A stretch of 64,000 nt of DNA from an uncultured Acidobacteriota bacterium (GCA_963839475.1 CAWIVH010000019.1:202725-266724), one strand, 5' to 3'; counted from the stretch's first letter, positions 1 through 10,590 are shown. Made by a program: numbers and translations. Notes: generated from the letters alone by a model not told the origin.

Positions 1-43
1 CCTGAGCGCTGGCTCTCTCTGCGCCCAGGAGGTTCAATCCAAG

Positions 44-529
44 GTGAATGAGAAACAGGACTTTTCCAAATACAGGAAATATGCCTGGCGGAAATTAAGC
101 ATCGGCAATTCCATGACGCCGGATGAAGTTCAGCGGGTCGAGCAGATGATAAAAAATGCGGGAAACCGCGAGCTCGCGCAAAAAGGCTACCAGGAGGATT
201 CCGCCAATCCTGATTTCTTCATCGAGATATCTACAATAGGCGTGAACGGCGTGAATATGGGAGGCAAGGCAGGCTATCTCTATACCTACAGCGGCGAGGT
301 ACAGAATCCTCAATACGGATACGCACCAGGAACTGATGTATGGATGACACTCACTTCACGCGGAAGCCTTGTTGTTACCGACAGTAAAACCAATACGGTC
401 GTATGGCAGGCACAAACATACAAGGAATACAAAAATCCGGGCCGGGCGATGAAAAACATCGAATCGGAAGTCAACGGTGTCGTCAAAAAAGCCATGAAGA
501 GCCTCCCCGCAAACCAGAAGGGGAAGTAG
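44..529 (+). CDS. hypothetical protein (small periplasmic/lipoprotein-like; N-terminus may lie upstream of window)
   Basis: 486-nt ORF with protein-like, non-repetitive composition. No recognisable catalytic motif. Its 3' end overlaps the non-coding-looking N-terminal extension of ORF 403..1188. Confidence 0.4.
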   Translation: MNEKQDFSKYRKYAWRKLSIGNSMTPDEVQRVEQMIKNAGNRELAQKGYQEDSANPDFFIEISTIGVNGVNMGGKAGYLYTYSGEVQNPQYGYAPGTDVWMTLTSRGSLVVTDSKTNTVVWQAQTYKEYKNPGRAMKNIESEVNGVVKKAMKSLPANQKGK

Positions 530-633
530 AAAGTAAAGAAACAGAAGTAAGCTTTGGCTTCAGCGGTGGAATCGCGACACTAAAACTGAGGCCACAAGGA
601 AAGGAGTCGAGTGTGAATCCATCTACTGGAAGA

Positions 634-1188
634 ATGATATGCCTCGTTTTGGGGTTAGCAATGCTCCTTCCGGCTGCATTCGGGCAGGATGCGAAAAAGC
701 AGGCCGAAAATTATTCTGCAGTCGCAGTGGGAACCGGCGGATCGGTTGGGGGCAAGAGCATGATGTTCAGCCTCCATATCAAGGAATACATGAACGACGC
801 CGAGGTCCTCAAATATGCCGAACTGCTGAAAGAGGGCGGCCAGGATGCGCTGCGAAAGGCCCTGGAAAAACTGGACTCAGGGCAACTTTCACCCGCGGGA
901 CGGGTAGGGAACCCGATTGCGATTGCACGGAAACGCCTGGAAGGCGGGAAAACGATTATCACGATCGTAACCGCTCGGGTTATGCCCTTCATCGAGCTCT
1001 ATCACAGCGGCCGGTCCACGGACTATCCATTTGGCGTTATGCGGATCACCTTCGACGAAAAAGGTGAAGGTTCGGGACAAGTAATGGCCGCCGCCAAGAT
1101 CCGGTTCGACAAGAAAAAGGATCAGGTGGAAATCGAAAGCTATGGCAATCAGTACATCAAGGTGGTGAACGCCCGCAAAGAAAAGTGA
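634..1188 (+). CDS. secreted hypothetical protein
   Basis: Internal ATG at 634 (alternative GTG at 613, 6 nt after AAGGAG at 601-606). Signal-peptide-like N-terminus MICLVLGLAMLLPAAFGQ. The upstream 77 codons of the track ORF are charged, low-complexity and probably not coding. Confidence 0.5.
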   Translation: MICLVLGLAMLLPAAFGQDAKKQAENYSAVAVGTGGSVGGKSMMFSLHIKEYMNDAEVLKYAELLKEGGQDALRKALEKLDSGQLSPAGRVGNPIAIARKRLEGGKTIITIVTARVMPFIELYHSGRSTDYPFGVMRITFDEKGEGSGQVMAAAKIRFDKKKDQVEIESYGNQYIKVVNARKEK

Positions 1189-1405
1189 CCGGTCGCGATC
1201 CGGAGGGTTGAAAAGGGCCAAAAAACCTGCTCATGGGAGAATTCTGCAGCACCTTGTAAAGCCCATCAGCAATCTTCGCAAGATTCCGATTTCAAAAAAC
1301 CACGCAGTCGTGGTACGAACTCTTTGGCAGATCTCAAAGTTGTTACGTTGCTCCCGGCAGCATCAATCCGTTGCCGGGGCGGAAGACCAATAACTCTAGA
1401 AAAGG

Positions 1406-1963
1406 ATGGACGCTTTGAAAACTATCGCTTCTCTTTTAGGTGCATTGATGCTGTTGTCGCTGGCTTCGTTGGCGGGAGCACAGAGCAAAACGCTCATGGG
1501 TGAAATGACCACCGTCAAGGGGACCGTTGAAGCGATCGATCACGCCAAGCGTGTATTGACGATCAAGGACAGCAAAGGCAAGTACCAGACCATCGACGTG
1601 CCCGAGGGCACGGAGCGATTCCAGGCAGTCAAGGTCGGCGACAAGATCTCGTTGCGATACTACGATATGGTAAATGTTCGCCTGAAACAGCCCGGCGAAG
1701 CCGCGGTCGACACCGCCACGGCTGCAGCCACTCCCGTCGCCGGAGCGAAGCCCGCAGGGACACTGGCCAGCCAGCGAACCATCACGGCCACGATCAAAGA
1801 AATTGACCTCAAAATTCCTTCGATAACCTTCGTGGGGCCGAATAACTGGAATTACAGCCGCAAGGTGCAGGACAAGAAGGCCCTGGAAAAGGTGAAAGTG
1901 GGGGACCGGGTAGACATCACCTGGACCGAGGCGGTTTTGATCGATGTTCAGGCACCCAAATAG
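1406..1963 (+). CDS. secreted hypothetical protein with two related beta-rich halves
   Basis: Signal peptide ending LASLAGAQS. Two similar ~70-aa segments (KGTVEAIDHAKRVLTIKD.. and ATIKEIDLKIPSITFVG..). No catalytic motif. Confidence 0.6.
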   Translation: MDALKTIASLLGALMLLSLASLAGAQSKTLMGEMTTVKGTVEAIDHAKRVLTIKDSKGKYQTIDVPEGTERFQAVKVGDKISLRYYDMVNVRLKQPGEAAVDTATAAATPVAGAKPAGTLASQRTITATIKEIDLKIPSITFVGPNNWNYSRKVQDKKALEKVKVGDRVDITWTEAVLIDVQAPK

Positions 1964-2031
1964 CCTCGAGTGATTTGAGGCCGCCCCGGCCCGGTCCAAT
2001 TCTGCAGTGTCATACAGATAGAGTGCATGTG

Positions 2032-2060
2032 GGTCCGGGATGTATCCCGGACCTTTCTAT
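2032..2060 (+). terminator. putative rho-independent terminator
   Basis: Perfect 9-bp stem GGTCCGGGA / TCCCGGACC with a TGTA loop, followed by TTTCTATC. It lies 70 nt after the stop of the 1406..1963 gene and next to the 3' end of the convergent kinase gene. Confidence 0.45.
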
Positions 2061-2070
2061 CAAAATACGG

Positions 2071-3879
2071 CTATTTTCCTGACGGTAGGCACGCTTCGCT
2101 TTCGACGATGGCAGGGAGCGCGATATAGAAGGTGACACCGCGGTCCGGGTTGTTCACGTACCAGAGGCGGCCGTTGTGGGATTCGATGATGGAGCGTGAA
2201 ATTACCAGGCCGATCCCGAGTCCATTCTCCTTGGTTGAAGCAAAGGCCTCGAACATTTTACCCCGCCGATCCTCGGGAATGCCGGGACCTGAATCCCCGA
2301 TCGACACCAGCACTTCACGGGCGTCGGCGCTTGCGAGAGCCACCTCCATTCGCTTTTGCCCGGCAAGCTGGCCTTGCATCGCCTCGACGGCGTTCAACAC
2401 CAGGTTCAGGATTACCTGCTGGAGCTGGACTTTGTCGGCCAGTACATGGAAATCGGGCTCCAAGTGCAGGCCCAGTTGAATTTGTTTGCTGACAAAATCG
2501 CTGGACAGCAGCTTCACTACCCATTGAATCGTTTCTGCCAGGCTAGTTTTTTCGCGCCGCGTTTCCCGGCGCAGCAGCAGGTCGCGCAGGCCGCTGACGA
2601 CTGAAGCAGCACGTTTGTCGTCGAGGACGATGTCGGTCAGGATTTCGATGATTTCCTCGAGATCAGGATCCGGGCCGCTGAAGAATCGCAAGCCAGCCTG
2701 AGCGTTGCTCAGGATTGCGGCCAACGGTTGGTTTAGTTCGTGCATCAGAGAGGTCGTGACCGCCGCGGTCTGCGCGACCCGATCTGCGTGCCAGAGGAGC
2801 TGGTGAAGCCGGTTTAGCTCCTCCTCTGCATGCTTGCGCTCGCTGATGTCCTGCAATACGCCTACAATATTTGCCGCCTGCCCTGCTCCATTGCGATCCA
2901 GAACCCGCGACAGGTGGCGATACCACTTCATGCCTTCCGTGGGATGCAGATATCGATATTCGAGGGCAAATTTGTCCAGTTTGCCTTCAAGAATTCCCTT
3001 GGATACATGGAGCACCTGAGAGCGGTCGTCCGGGTGGATGTGCTTCAGCCAGTATTCCCGTATCCGCTCTTCCTCGCCCTGGGGGATGCCAACCAAAGCG
3101 CGGCAGCGGTCGTCGAGGAACTGCGCTCGCAAGCCGCTGCCAAGTTGGTAGAATCCCAGGGCGGCGATGTCGATGGCCGAAGCCAACCGGGCTTCGCTCT
3201 CGCGCAACAGTTGATCCGAACGCCGCCGGGCCAGTGCATTCGAAAATATCTGTGCAACCAGGTGTAGCCGCTTTACAAGCGCTTCCGGCCACTCACATTC
3301 CCGTTGCATATCATTGAAGGATATCGCACCGAACGGTGAATCCCCGCCCGTCGAAATGGGAAGAGTCAGCGTGGTCTTGACACCGAGGTAAGCGAAGACT
3401 TCCTTATCGCGGGCTGCTTCCTCCGGAAGCGCTGCCATCGATGATATAGAGACAGTTTTGCCGGCCAGGACCTGCCGTTGAATCCAAGGAAAATATTCGT
3501 CCGCGGCCATGTTTTCGGGAACCGGGGAGCCCCCCAGGGGCCTGTAGAGGTGGGTCATTTTGAGCGTGCGCGGATGCTCCGGAGACCACTGCCATAGTGC
3601 GCTCCAATCCAGCCCGAGACACTCGCAGACGCGGCGCTGGGCGTCTTCGATCTCACGGTCCAACAGTTCGGAAGGCACATTCACGAAACGCGCGGACAGA
3701 TCCGACAGCATCATCTCGAAATCAATATCCGGCACCTGTTCGCGGCATTCCGATTCAAGAAGCGGGCCCGGGTGTGCTCGTTCCGCTCGTGGGGATTGAG
3801 TTACTCCCCCGGGTTTTGCCGGCTCATGGCGCTGAAGTTCCAGTTCGAGTTTGCCCAGCGATTGCTCCAGTTCAATCAT
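2071..3879 (-). CDS. PAS/GAF sensor histidine kinase (cytoplasmic)
   Basis: H-box MHELNQPLAAILSNAQAGL. HATPase G-boxes DSGPGIPEDRRGKMFEAF and GLGIGLVISRSIIESHNGRLWY. N-terminal PAS/GAF-like sensor region. No TM segment. Confidence 0.85.
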   Translation of the reverse strand: MIELEQSLGKLELELQRHEPAKPGGVTQSPRAERAHPGPLLESECREQVPDIDFEMMLSDLSARFVNVPSELLDREIEDAQRRVCECLGLDWSALWQWSPEHPRTLKMTHLYRPLGGSPVPENMAADEYFPWIQRQVLAGKTVSISSMAALPEEAARDKEVFAYLGVKTTLTLPISTGGDSPFGAISFNDMQRECEWPEALVKRLHLVAQIFSNALARRRSDQLLRESEARLASAIDIAALGFYQLGSGLRAQFLDDRCRALVGIPQGEEERIREYWLKHIHPDDRSQVLHVSKGILEGKLDKFALEYRYLHPTEGMKWYRHLSRVLDRNGAGQAANIVGVLQDISERKHAEEELNRLHQLLWHADRVAQTAAVTTSLMHELNQPLAAILSNAQAGLRFFSGPDPDLEEIIEILTDIVLDDKRAASVVSGLRDLLLRRETRREKTSLAETIQWVVKLLSSDFVSKQIQLGLHLEPDFHVLADKVQLQQVILNLVLNAVEAMQGQLAGQKRMEVALASADAREVLVSIGDSGPGIPEDRRGKMFEAFASTKENGLGIGLVISRSIIESHNGRLWYVNNPDRGVTFYIALPAIVESEACLPSGK

Positions 3880-4495
3880 TGAGGGATCCGAATCGATGGC
3901 CTATCGGCTCTTGCCGCTGCCTCGTATTTGAGTTCATCTCTTGCAGTCACGATGTTCAACTTCCACGAGATTTTCGATAATTCACCGGCCAGCTACCCCA
4001 GTACTCCTTGGTAATGTAGCAGTTGAAGCCAGACACATCAATGATCCAATTTGAAGTCCCGGCCAAATCTCCACCGGAATATTGATGATTTTATACTATT
4101 CCGTAAAGTGATTTTTTGAGGCCGCGCAGCCTGACCAGGCCGGCGAATACAAGCACAACGTTTGGCAGCCAATGGGGGAGTGAAGGTTCCGGCACGGGAA
4201 ATTGTGCCTTCCTATAGAAACGCGAAAGGGCTGGAGATGGTTGCAGCCAACAGCGGTTCCGGCGCTCAGGGTGGACTGCGCGCGGCATGACGCAGAAGTG
4301 TGCCGGACGGCGGCCATTCATTGGCAAGTACCTGGATGTGCTGGGAGGGAGCTGTTGCCTGAGACCATCGCATGCCAGGGTATGCATTCGGCCTGGCGCT
4401 CTCGATATCAGAGGTCCGAGATTCGAACACGGCTCCGGATCAAGTATTTGGATGTTTCCAGCCAGTGAAACATCGGAGCCTGCGGCTTTAGCTCC

Positions 4496-5971
4496 TTACC
4501 AGCTTCCCATGTTGACAATCAGACCCGTCGAGACCCGGATCCCTTCGTGAAAATCCGCGCCGTTCAGTCTGCTTAGCCACGAGTGCATGTAATCGACACT
4601 GGCAAGGCGGAAGCCAAGCGCCCGGTTGATTCCGATATCGACTCCCGCACCGATGGAAAGCGCCAGTCCGTTCTCATGCCAGGTCTGGGTGAAATCGAGG
4701 GCAATGTGACGGTAATAAGTCCCTTTGGCACCCTTCTCCATCAGTTCCTTCTCGAGATCGGGGAAAATCCTCTCTTCGTAGATCTTGTGCCCCCCAACCA
4801 TCATGCGGACATGCGGGACCACGCGACTCGCATTCTTGGGCGACCACCGGGCTCCCAACATGTAGGTCAACGAATCGCCGCTGTAGTCCTGCGGAAGACC
4901 GAGAAGCTTGCAGCCGCTGAGATTGAAGACGGCATCCCAGGAGTCGGACAGCGGGATTTGTGCCACGGCCCCGCCTCCGGCGCAGGACAATTTGCCAAAA
5001 TGCGTGACCTCAACAGGAATATCGAAAGCAAAAATGGCGCGCTTCCGCCCGTAAGTATCGGCAGCATCCAGGGGCAGATCGATAGCCTTAATGCGGGCCA
5101 GGGATTTATCGCTGACGACAGTATCGTAAGTCGTGATTCCGGGGCGGCTGTCCCTGTGCCAGGGAAGCTTGAACATCATCACATTGGCAAAGCTCCGCGA
5201 AGGATTCGCCCACCCGCGCACAAGGGCGCGGAGGGGGGGATTGTGCACCTTGCGCTCGAAGGGCTTAACCACGTATTTATCCAGGGCATCCTCTGCGAGG
5301 GTCCAGGCCATACCGATGACCGGGCTGACCGCATAGTCGACAAAACCCTGCTGAGGATAGTAGGCCTGGATCTTGCCGACAGTCGCCTCACTGTAAGGAC
5401 CGATTTCGAAGGCAGCACTGTAAACTGCCGAGTAGACAAAAGCGCGCGTCTTTCCCCGCCAGTACGCGCGGTTCTTGCCGAACTCCACCTCGCGGTATTT
5501 GGTATCGTTGTGCGCGAAGATGTATCCGGAAACTGCACCCTCCATCGAGTGGCCCACATAATTGCACAAAAACTCGTCCCCATCCGCCCAGCCGTGCAGG
5601 TTTCCAATGGCAGATCCCACCCCCTTAAAATAGGGCCCATGGAGTGTGGCTTCACGGGTGTATTCTTCCTTGCTCCAGCGAAAAGCGTGGGAAAAGGTAA
5701 GGAATGTCAGAGTGTTTCCCATCAGAGGCGCCCACCGGATTCCGCCTTCGTCTTTTTGTTCGGGTGCCGGAGCCGGCGCGGGATCATCGTCTTTGCGCGG
5801 CGGAGGATCATCCGATGCATGGCAGGTTGAAGGATAGGCGGCAGCAAGCAGCATAACTATAATACAGAGAAGCCCTTTGCCGCGGGCGAGAACCCGATTG
5901 GATTTACGCGTGAGTTGTATCAAGGCCGTGATGACTCCCGGTTTTGACCGTATAAATGCCGCGCTGCGCAA
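4496..5971 (-). CDS. putative outer-membrane beta-barrel protein (start uncertain)
   Basis: Signal-like segment ..RKSNRVLARGKGLLCIIVMLLAAAYPSTCHA-SDD. Alternating amphipathic strands. Terminal aromatic residue (..LIVNMGSW). The real start is probably an internal TTG/ATG near 5850-5930. The antisense ORF 4583..5830 was rejected. Confidence 0.5.
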   Translation of the reverse strand: MRSAAFIRSKPGVITALIQLTRKSNRVLARGKGLLCIIVMLLAAAYPSTCHASDDPPPRKDDDPAPAPAPEQKDEGGIRWAPLMGNTLTFLTFSHAFRWSKEEYTREATLHGPYFKGVGSAIGNLHGWADGDEFLCNYVGHSMEGAVSGYIFAHNDTKYREVEFGKNRAYWRGKTRAFVYSAVYSAAFEIGPYSEATVGKIQAYYPQQGFVDYAVSPVIGMAWTLAEDALDKYVVKPFERKVHNPPLRALVRGWANPSRSFANVMMFKLPWHRDSRPGITTYDTVVSDKSLARIKAIDLPLDAADTYGRKRAIFAFDIPVEVTHFGKLSCAGGGAVAQIPLSDSWDAVFNLSGCKLLGLPQDYSGDSLTYMLGARWSPKNASRVVPHVRMMVGGHKIYEERIFPDLEKELMEKGAKGTYYRHIALDFTQTWHENGLALSIGAGVDIGINRALGFRLASVDYMHSWLSRLNGADFHEGIRVSTGLIVNMGSW

Positions 5972-6297
5972 TCTGCAATCGGGGGACGAAATATCGTCAA
6001 ACTTCGATTATTACAATGGCCCCGCGATATTGACTTGTGGACAGCTCCCTGGCTGGCTTGATCCGCAAGTGACCAAGGCGCCTTGAAACTCCGGTATAGC
6101 TTTCCAGATACCTAGTCTATGACAATTCAGATTCGAATGTCGGCTGTAAGAATTGACAGGTCCCTGGAAGCGGGCCGCAGCAAAAGCAGGCCTAGGGTAA
6201 ACTCAAAAACCAAGATCAGGCAAGCGGATTAATCGCGAATGAATATTATAAATTCCTTCGAGGCCCTGGCGATTTGGCGGTTCGAATCGATCAGGAC

Positions 6298-7665
6298 CTA
6301 AAACTCGGTAAAATCCCGCATCGAGTCGATGTTTGAAACCACCTTGCGCTGAAGAAAATGCAAATTCCAGGCCGCAAAATGAGACTGTTTGTAAGGCAGG
6401 GGCAACCGCCGGATTGCCGATGACGTCGAATAGAAATCGCTCCGGATTTTCATGATCCGGCGCACCAGTTCCTCCGGGGTAAAGCGCAATGGCTTGAAAT
6501 GACAGGAGAGTCCCGGCCACCGTTCCATGTTTTCCTCGTCGATCAGCCGGCCTTCTTCGGTGTATTGCTGGTGCAATCGCGTCCCCCGCAGAGGCACCAA
6601 AATATTGAAATAGGCGGTTTCGGCCTTGTACTCATCTAATAGGCTCAGGGTGGCATCGAAAACAGTTTCATCATCGGCATCGGAGCCGAAAACGAAGTTG
6701 AGGGAATAGCTGATGTCCCGCCTGGTGAGGTTGTGGAGAACCTGGGAATATTCCGAGGCCTTGTTGAATCCCTTGCGCATCGTTTTCAGGGTATGCTGAT
6801 TGATGCTCTCAATGCCGGTATTCACGTGAAGCAATCCTGAACGTTGGGCAAGATCCATGAACTTCTCGTCCAGGCAGTAATGAGCGGAAAACAGCGTGGA
6901 CCAGCGGATCTTGAGGGGGATGAGAGCTTCCATCAAATCCATCGCGCGCTCGGTGTCGCCGGCAAACTGGCTGGCGGCAAAGAAAATGTGTTTGCTGCCG
7001 CACCGTTTTATATCTTCGACGACCTCCGCCGTAGGCCGGTACCGGTACCCGTAATCCCCATTCAATCTCCGCTCGGCGCAGAAATCGCAGACATAGGGGC
7101 AACCGCGCGATTGTTGTATGACGAAAGGCCGGTAAAAGACATATTTCTTCGGGTTGAGAAGATCCCATCTCGGGGCCGGCATCCCTTCGAGGCTGGCGAC
7201 CCGGTCGGCACGGTAAAACTTCTGCAGCCTTCCGGATGCGGCATCCTCGAGCATCTTCGGGAAAACCCCTTCGGCTTCGCCGATGCATACCGCGTCCGCA
7301 TGCTGCGCAACCTCTTCGGCATGAAAAGTAGTGTGAGGGCCTCCGATGAGGACCGGGATTCCCTTTTCCCTGAAAGTATCTGCGATCTCATATCCCCGGA
7401 AGGATGTCACGGTGCGTATAGTGATCGCGACCACATCCACTTTGGCATTGAAATCAATCTCTTCGGTGGCGTCGTCGATGAGCGTGATCTGCCATTCTTT
7501 AGGCGCGAGGGCGGCAAGATAAGGTATTACGGCGCCTACAAGCTTCCTTTTGCGAAGTTTATAGGGCACGCGCAGACCCCGGTAGCGATAGCCTGTCGCT
7601 TGTATGATGAGAAGTCTTGGCACCGTGAAAAGCCTCCGGTCTGCTCGCCGCGTAAGATCTTCCAA
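6298..7665 (-). CDS. B12-binding radical SAM protein (class B rSAM)
   Basis: N-terminal cobalamin-binding Rossmann region (VDVVAITIRT..IPVLIGGPHTT). Radical SAM CxxxCxxC motif GCPYVCDFCAE. Length ~455 aa as in class B rSAM methyltransferases such as HpnJ/HpnR. Confidence 0.85.
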   Translation of the reverse strand: MEDLTRRADRRLFTVPRLLIIQATGYRYRGLRVPYKLRKRKLVGAVIPYLAALAPKEWQITLIDDATEEIDFNAKVDVVAITIRTVTSFRGYEIADTFREKGIPVLIGGPHTTFHAEEVAQHADAVCIGEAEGVFPKMLEDAASGRLQKFYRADRVASLEGMPAPRWDLLNPKKYVFYRPFVIQQSRGCPYVCDFCAERRLNGDYGYRYRPTAEVVEDIKRCGSKHIFFAASQFAGDTERAMDLMEALIPLKIRWSTLFSAHYCLDEKFMDLAQRSGLLHVNTGIESINQHTLKTMRKGFNKASEYSQVLHNLTRRDISYSLNFVFGSDADDETVFDATLSLLDEYKAETAYFNILVPLRGTRLHQQYTEEGRLIDEENMERWPGLSCHFKPLRFTPEELVRRIMKIRSDFYSTSSAIRRLPLPYKQSHFAAWNLHFLQRKVVSNIDSMRDFTEF

Positions 7666-7789
7666 CGCATCGGGTTGTGCGAATCGTCCCTGACCCTTGG
7701 GCCCGATACGAAAGTGAAGCGTGGTATTATATGCTCACCGGGCTGCTCTGCCAATCCCTGATTATTGCTTTATTTATAGCTGAGAGTGG

Positions 7790-8635
7790 TCAGCTTTTTT
7801 CGGTGATGAAGCTAATGCCAACCGTCCGGCCACCCCAACCGAAAACAGGCACAATCGAAATCTTCCCAACCCGCAGCGATATTCCCGTCCGGCGGGAAAC
7901 GCTGCTGCCCACAATATAGCCAATCGTCGCACCGGCTGTCAGGTCGCTGGCCCAATGCTTGTCCTCCCGGACCCGCGAAAGCGCAATAAATGTTGCAGCC
8001 GAATATCCGATGAGTCCCGCCTTCGTGCCGTAGTAGCGTTGCGTCACCGTTGCGATCATGAACGAGGTTGCAGCGTGTCCCGACGGGAACGAGCGGTCGT
8101 CGCTGCCATCGGGCCGGGTGCGCCCTACGGCATACTTCAAGCTCTGAACCAACACTTCATTCAGGACCGCAGCCTGGGCCAGCGAATAGGTGAAGGAATG
8201 GAACCGGTCGTTCTTGGACTTGGTGCCTGCAATCAGAAGCCCGGTGACGGCGGGGACGACCACTGCTGCCCCTCCCAAAACGCCGCCGACTTTTCCAGCA
8301 GTCGAGGACCCGCCGTCGAGGCTCACATGCTCCCGGATTTCCTGGTCGAATGGAGCCACGATTCCAGTGGCTGCACCGCCAATCAACAGGGGGGCAATGT
8401 TTTTCCGGTTCCACAGCGAAAGGAAATTTCTGCCCAGGTTCTGCGGGAACTGCTTGAGGCTCGTAGAACTCGCCGGCGTAGCCTGCTTTAAGTCAGGCGG
8501 AGGTTCCGGATCATCGGTCAGGGCAGCGGCATTCGGGACGATCAGGGTTACTGCGAAGATGATGAGAAGCAGCCGCGGGGAACCGGGACTCCGTCCGGGG
8601 GCTCCTTCGTCCATGGACCAAGAGCGCATGGTCAT
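7790..8635 (-). CDS. PAP2-family phosphatase (membrane/secreted)
   Basis: Canonical PAP2 motifs KYAVGRTRP, PSGHA and SRVREDKHWASD. Start reassigned to the ATG at 8633-8635 (MTMRSW..), which has GGAG 5 nt upstream and gives a signal/TM segment LLLIIFAVTLIV. Confidence 0.8.
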   Translation of the reverse strand: MTMRSWSMDEGAPGRSPGSPRLLLIIFAVTLIVPNAAALTDDPEPPPDLKQATPASSTSLKQFPQNLGRNFLSLWNRKNIAPLLIGGAATGIVAPFDQEIREHVSLDGGSSTAGKVGGVLGGAAVVVPAVTGLLIAGTKSKNDRFHSFTYSLAQAAVLNEVLVQSLKYAVGRTRPDGSDDRSFPSGHAATSFMIATVTQRYYGTKAGLIGYSAATFIALSRVREDKHWASDLTAGATIGYIVGSSVSRRTGISLRVGKISIVPVFGWGGRTVGISFITEKS

Positions 8636-9054
8636 GAATCTCCTAAAGGGTTTCAATGACATCCGCCGCCCGGGATCGACCTGTTGCCGTCGTTGGTTTC
8701 CAGGTGCATTGCAGCCTGCGTTCGCTTTACAGTATCTAATCCTATAGGGATCTGCCGCCGATGCATAGAAAAGCTTATCGGGATGCCGCACAAGTCCTCA
8801 TGAGCACGGCCCCCCCGAAGCCACATCATGGACATCGCGTCTCGCGGGAAATGCATTCCCCTGGGAATGGCACGCGCGTCAAACTAGGTACTCGCATTCG
8901 TAATTACGATAACATCCGCTGGTGGGCTCCAACGATCGCACCGTCAGCCAAAATTCCTGTCCTGGTCTTCGCCACCGCCATCGGCTTCTTGAAGCCCACC
9001 AGCTCTTCGGGCGCCGGTGCCGCGGTTTCCAAGCCTGGAATGGTTCCCTTTTGA

Positions 9055-10590
9055 TTGACGCGTATACCCGGAGGAGGCAAGAGCGGAATGAGTCAAACAA
9101 CATCCCGCAAGAATAATCCGATTGAATCGGATCTGCCTTTGCGCTTGCGGCGCGACTGGCTGGTGACCGTCGTGCTGGTTGCGCTCGGCTTTGCCATTCG
9201 CCTCGCGGCGGCCGGCAACGACCTCTGGCTTGACGAGATATGGAGTTGGATGACAGCCGCCGAATTGAAATCACTCCCGGACGTGCTGTTGAAAATATTC
9301 GATGAAAACAACCATTTCCTGAACACCGCGGCAATTTATTGGATCGGACCTGACGCAGCCGGCTGGGCATACCGGCTCCCAAGCGTGCTTGCCGGATCCG
9401 CGAGTATCCTTTTGGTGGGGCTGATTTCGCGGCGCCGTGGACCCGAGGCGGCGGTCTTCAGTATGGCCCTCATGGCCGGTTCCTACCTGCTGACACATTA
9501 CTCGTCCGAAGCGCGCGGATACGGTCTGGCTGTTTTTTTCGCCCTGCTTGCCTTCTGGGCCATGGAGCGTTCCTTCGAAAAGCCGGCTCTTGGGATGGAA
9601 TTGATTTTTGCCTCGGCATCGATCTGCGGGGTATTGTCACAGCCGATGTTTGTCTACGCTTATGCATCCTTCATTGCCTGGTGGTTTTATAATCTTGCCC
9701 TCAGCCTCAAGTCCGGTGATGAAAAACCGGGAACGGCGAGGTCCGCCCCGGCAAAACCAAAGCTGATCCCGGCCGTTCCATGGTTGCGGAACGGCATCGT
9801 CTGCTTTGCAGTTCCTTCTCTATTCATGGCATGGCTCTATGTCGTGAACCTTCGACAAATGGTGAACTCAGGGGGGCCCGTTTATTCGCCCGCCGAAGTC
9901 GTGCTGCAAACTCTTTCGCTGTTTGCCGGAGGCGCCTGGAATGGGAAATCAGCAGCCACGGCTGCGCTCTGTGTCTCGGCGGCAGCTGTAGGGTGCCTGG
10001 CGATCCTGGTGAGGGCCGGGGACCGTCGCTGGTTTCTCTACCTCTGGATCCTGTTACTCTCTCCCGGCGGTCTGTTTCTGGGGATGCAAAGACAGGAAGT
10101 CTACCCGCGCTACTTCATCATCAGCGCGGCATTTCTCTGCCTGATGCTGGGCCAGGGTTTTGCCTGGATTTGGTCGTGGGGACGGACCGGACGCCTGGCA
10201 TCGATCGCGCTGCTGGCCGGCGTGATGATTTTCAACGGCATGCATATCGCCCGGCTGATCAAGGTGGGTCGCGGGCAATACCGTGACGCGCTCGTGTGGA
10301 TGCAGGGGGAAACTTCGCATCCCGAGATCCACGTGGGGAGTGATCACCCTTTCCGCAACGGCATGATCGTGAGCTACTATGAGAGAACCCTGCAGAAGCG
10401 GATCGTATTTCACACGGACCTGGCGCGCGCTGAAGACGCGCCCGAATGGCTTATCCTGCATAGCCTGGATATGGCACCCCGGTTCGATCCGGAAATATCG
10501 CCGCCCTCCGGCCTGCATTACCGGTTGATTCGCATCTTTCCGTACGCGGGCCTCTCCGGATGGTACTGGGCTGTATACAGGAAGCCTTGA
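9055..10590 (+). CDS. GT-C family membrane glycosyltransferase (PMT_2/ArnT-like)
   Basis: About 11 predicted TM helices. Periplasmic-loop aspartate motif LWLDEIWSW after the first helix, as in ArnT/PMT_2 (GT39/83) enzymes. A likely better start is the ATG at 9088 (GGAGG upstream). Confidence 0.7.
   Translation: MTRIPGGGKSGMSQTTSRKNNPIESDLPLRLRRDWLVTVVLVALGFAIRLAAAGNDLWLDEIWSWMTAAELKSLPDVLLKIFDENNHFLNTAAIYWIGPDAAGWAYRLPSVLAGSASILLVGLISRRRGPEAAVFSMALMAGSYLLTHYSSEARGYGLAVFFALLAFWAMERSFEKPALGMELIFASASICGVLSQPMFVYAYASFIAWWFYNLALSLKSGDEKPGTARSAPAKPKLIPAVPWLRNGIVCFAVPSLFMAWLYVVNLRQMVNSGGPVYSPAEVVLQTLSLFAGGAWNGKSAATAALCVSAAAVGCLAILVRAGDRRWFLYLWILLLSPGGLFLGMQRQEVYPRYFIISAAFLCLMLGQGFAWIWSWGRTGRLASIALLAGVMIFNGMHIARLIKVGRGQYRDALVWMQGETSHPEIHVGSDHPFRNGMIVSYYERTLQKRIVFHTDLARAEDAPEWLILHSLDMAPRFDPEISPPSGLHYRLIRIFPYAGLSGWYWAVYRKP

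Noticed and set aside
403-633. N-terminal extension of ORF 403..1188; similarly 14916..15254 for the REC-PP2C gene and 48067..48306 for the GS gene.
   Set aside because: These are alternative-start artefacts of the ORF track. Internal ATGs with Shine-Dalgarno sequences and signal peptide or domain starts fit better.
4415-4440. tRNA T-loop-like GATTCGAAC motif (also GGTTCGAATC near 6283).
   Set aside because: There are no matching acceptor or anticodon stems in either orientation. The first lies inside the 3' end of the OMP coding region.
4583-5830. 415-aa plus-strand ORF opposite the outer-membrane protein gene. Similar long antisense ORFs occur at 6844..7761, 12028..12993, 19590..20384, 21242..22135, 40607..41551, 49734..51338 and 52945..54201.
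   Set aside because: These are shadow ORFs typical of GC-rich DNA. Their translations are Arg/Gly/Pro-rich without motifs. The opposite strand carries clear domain signatures in every case.
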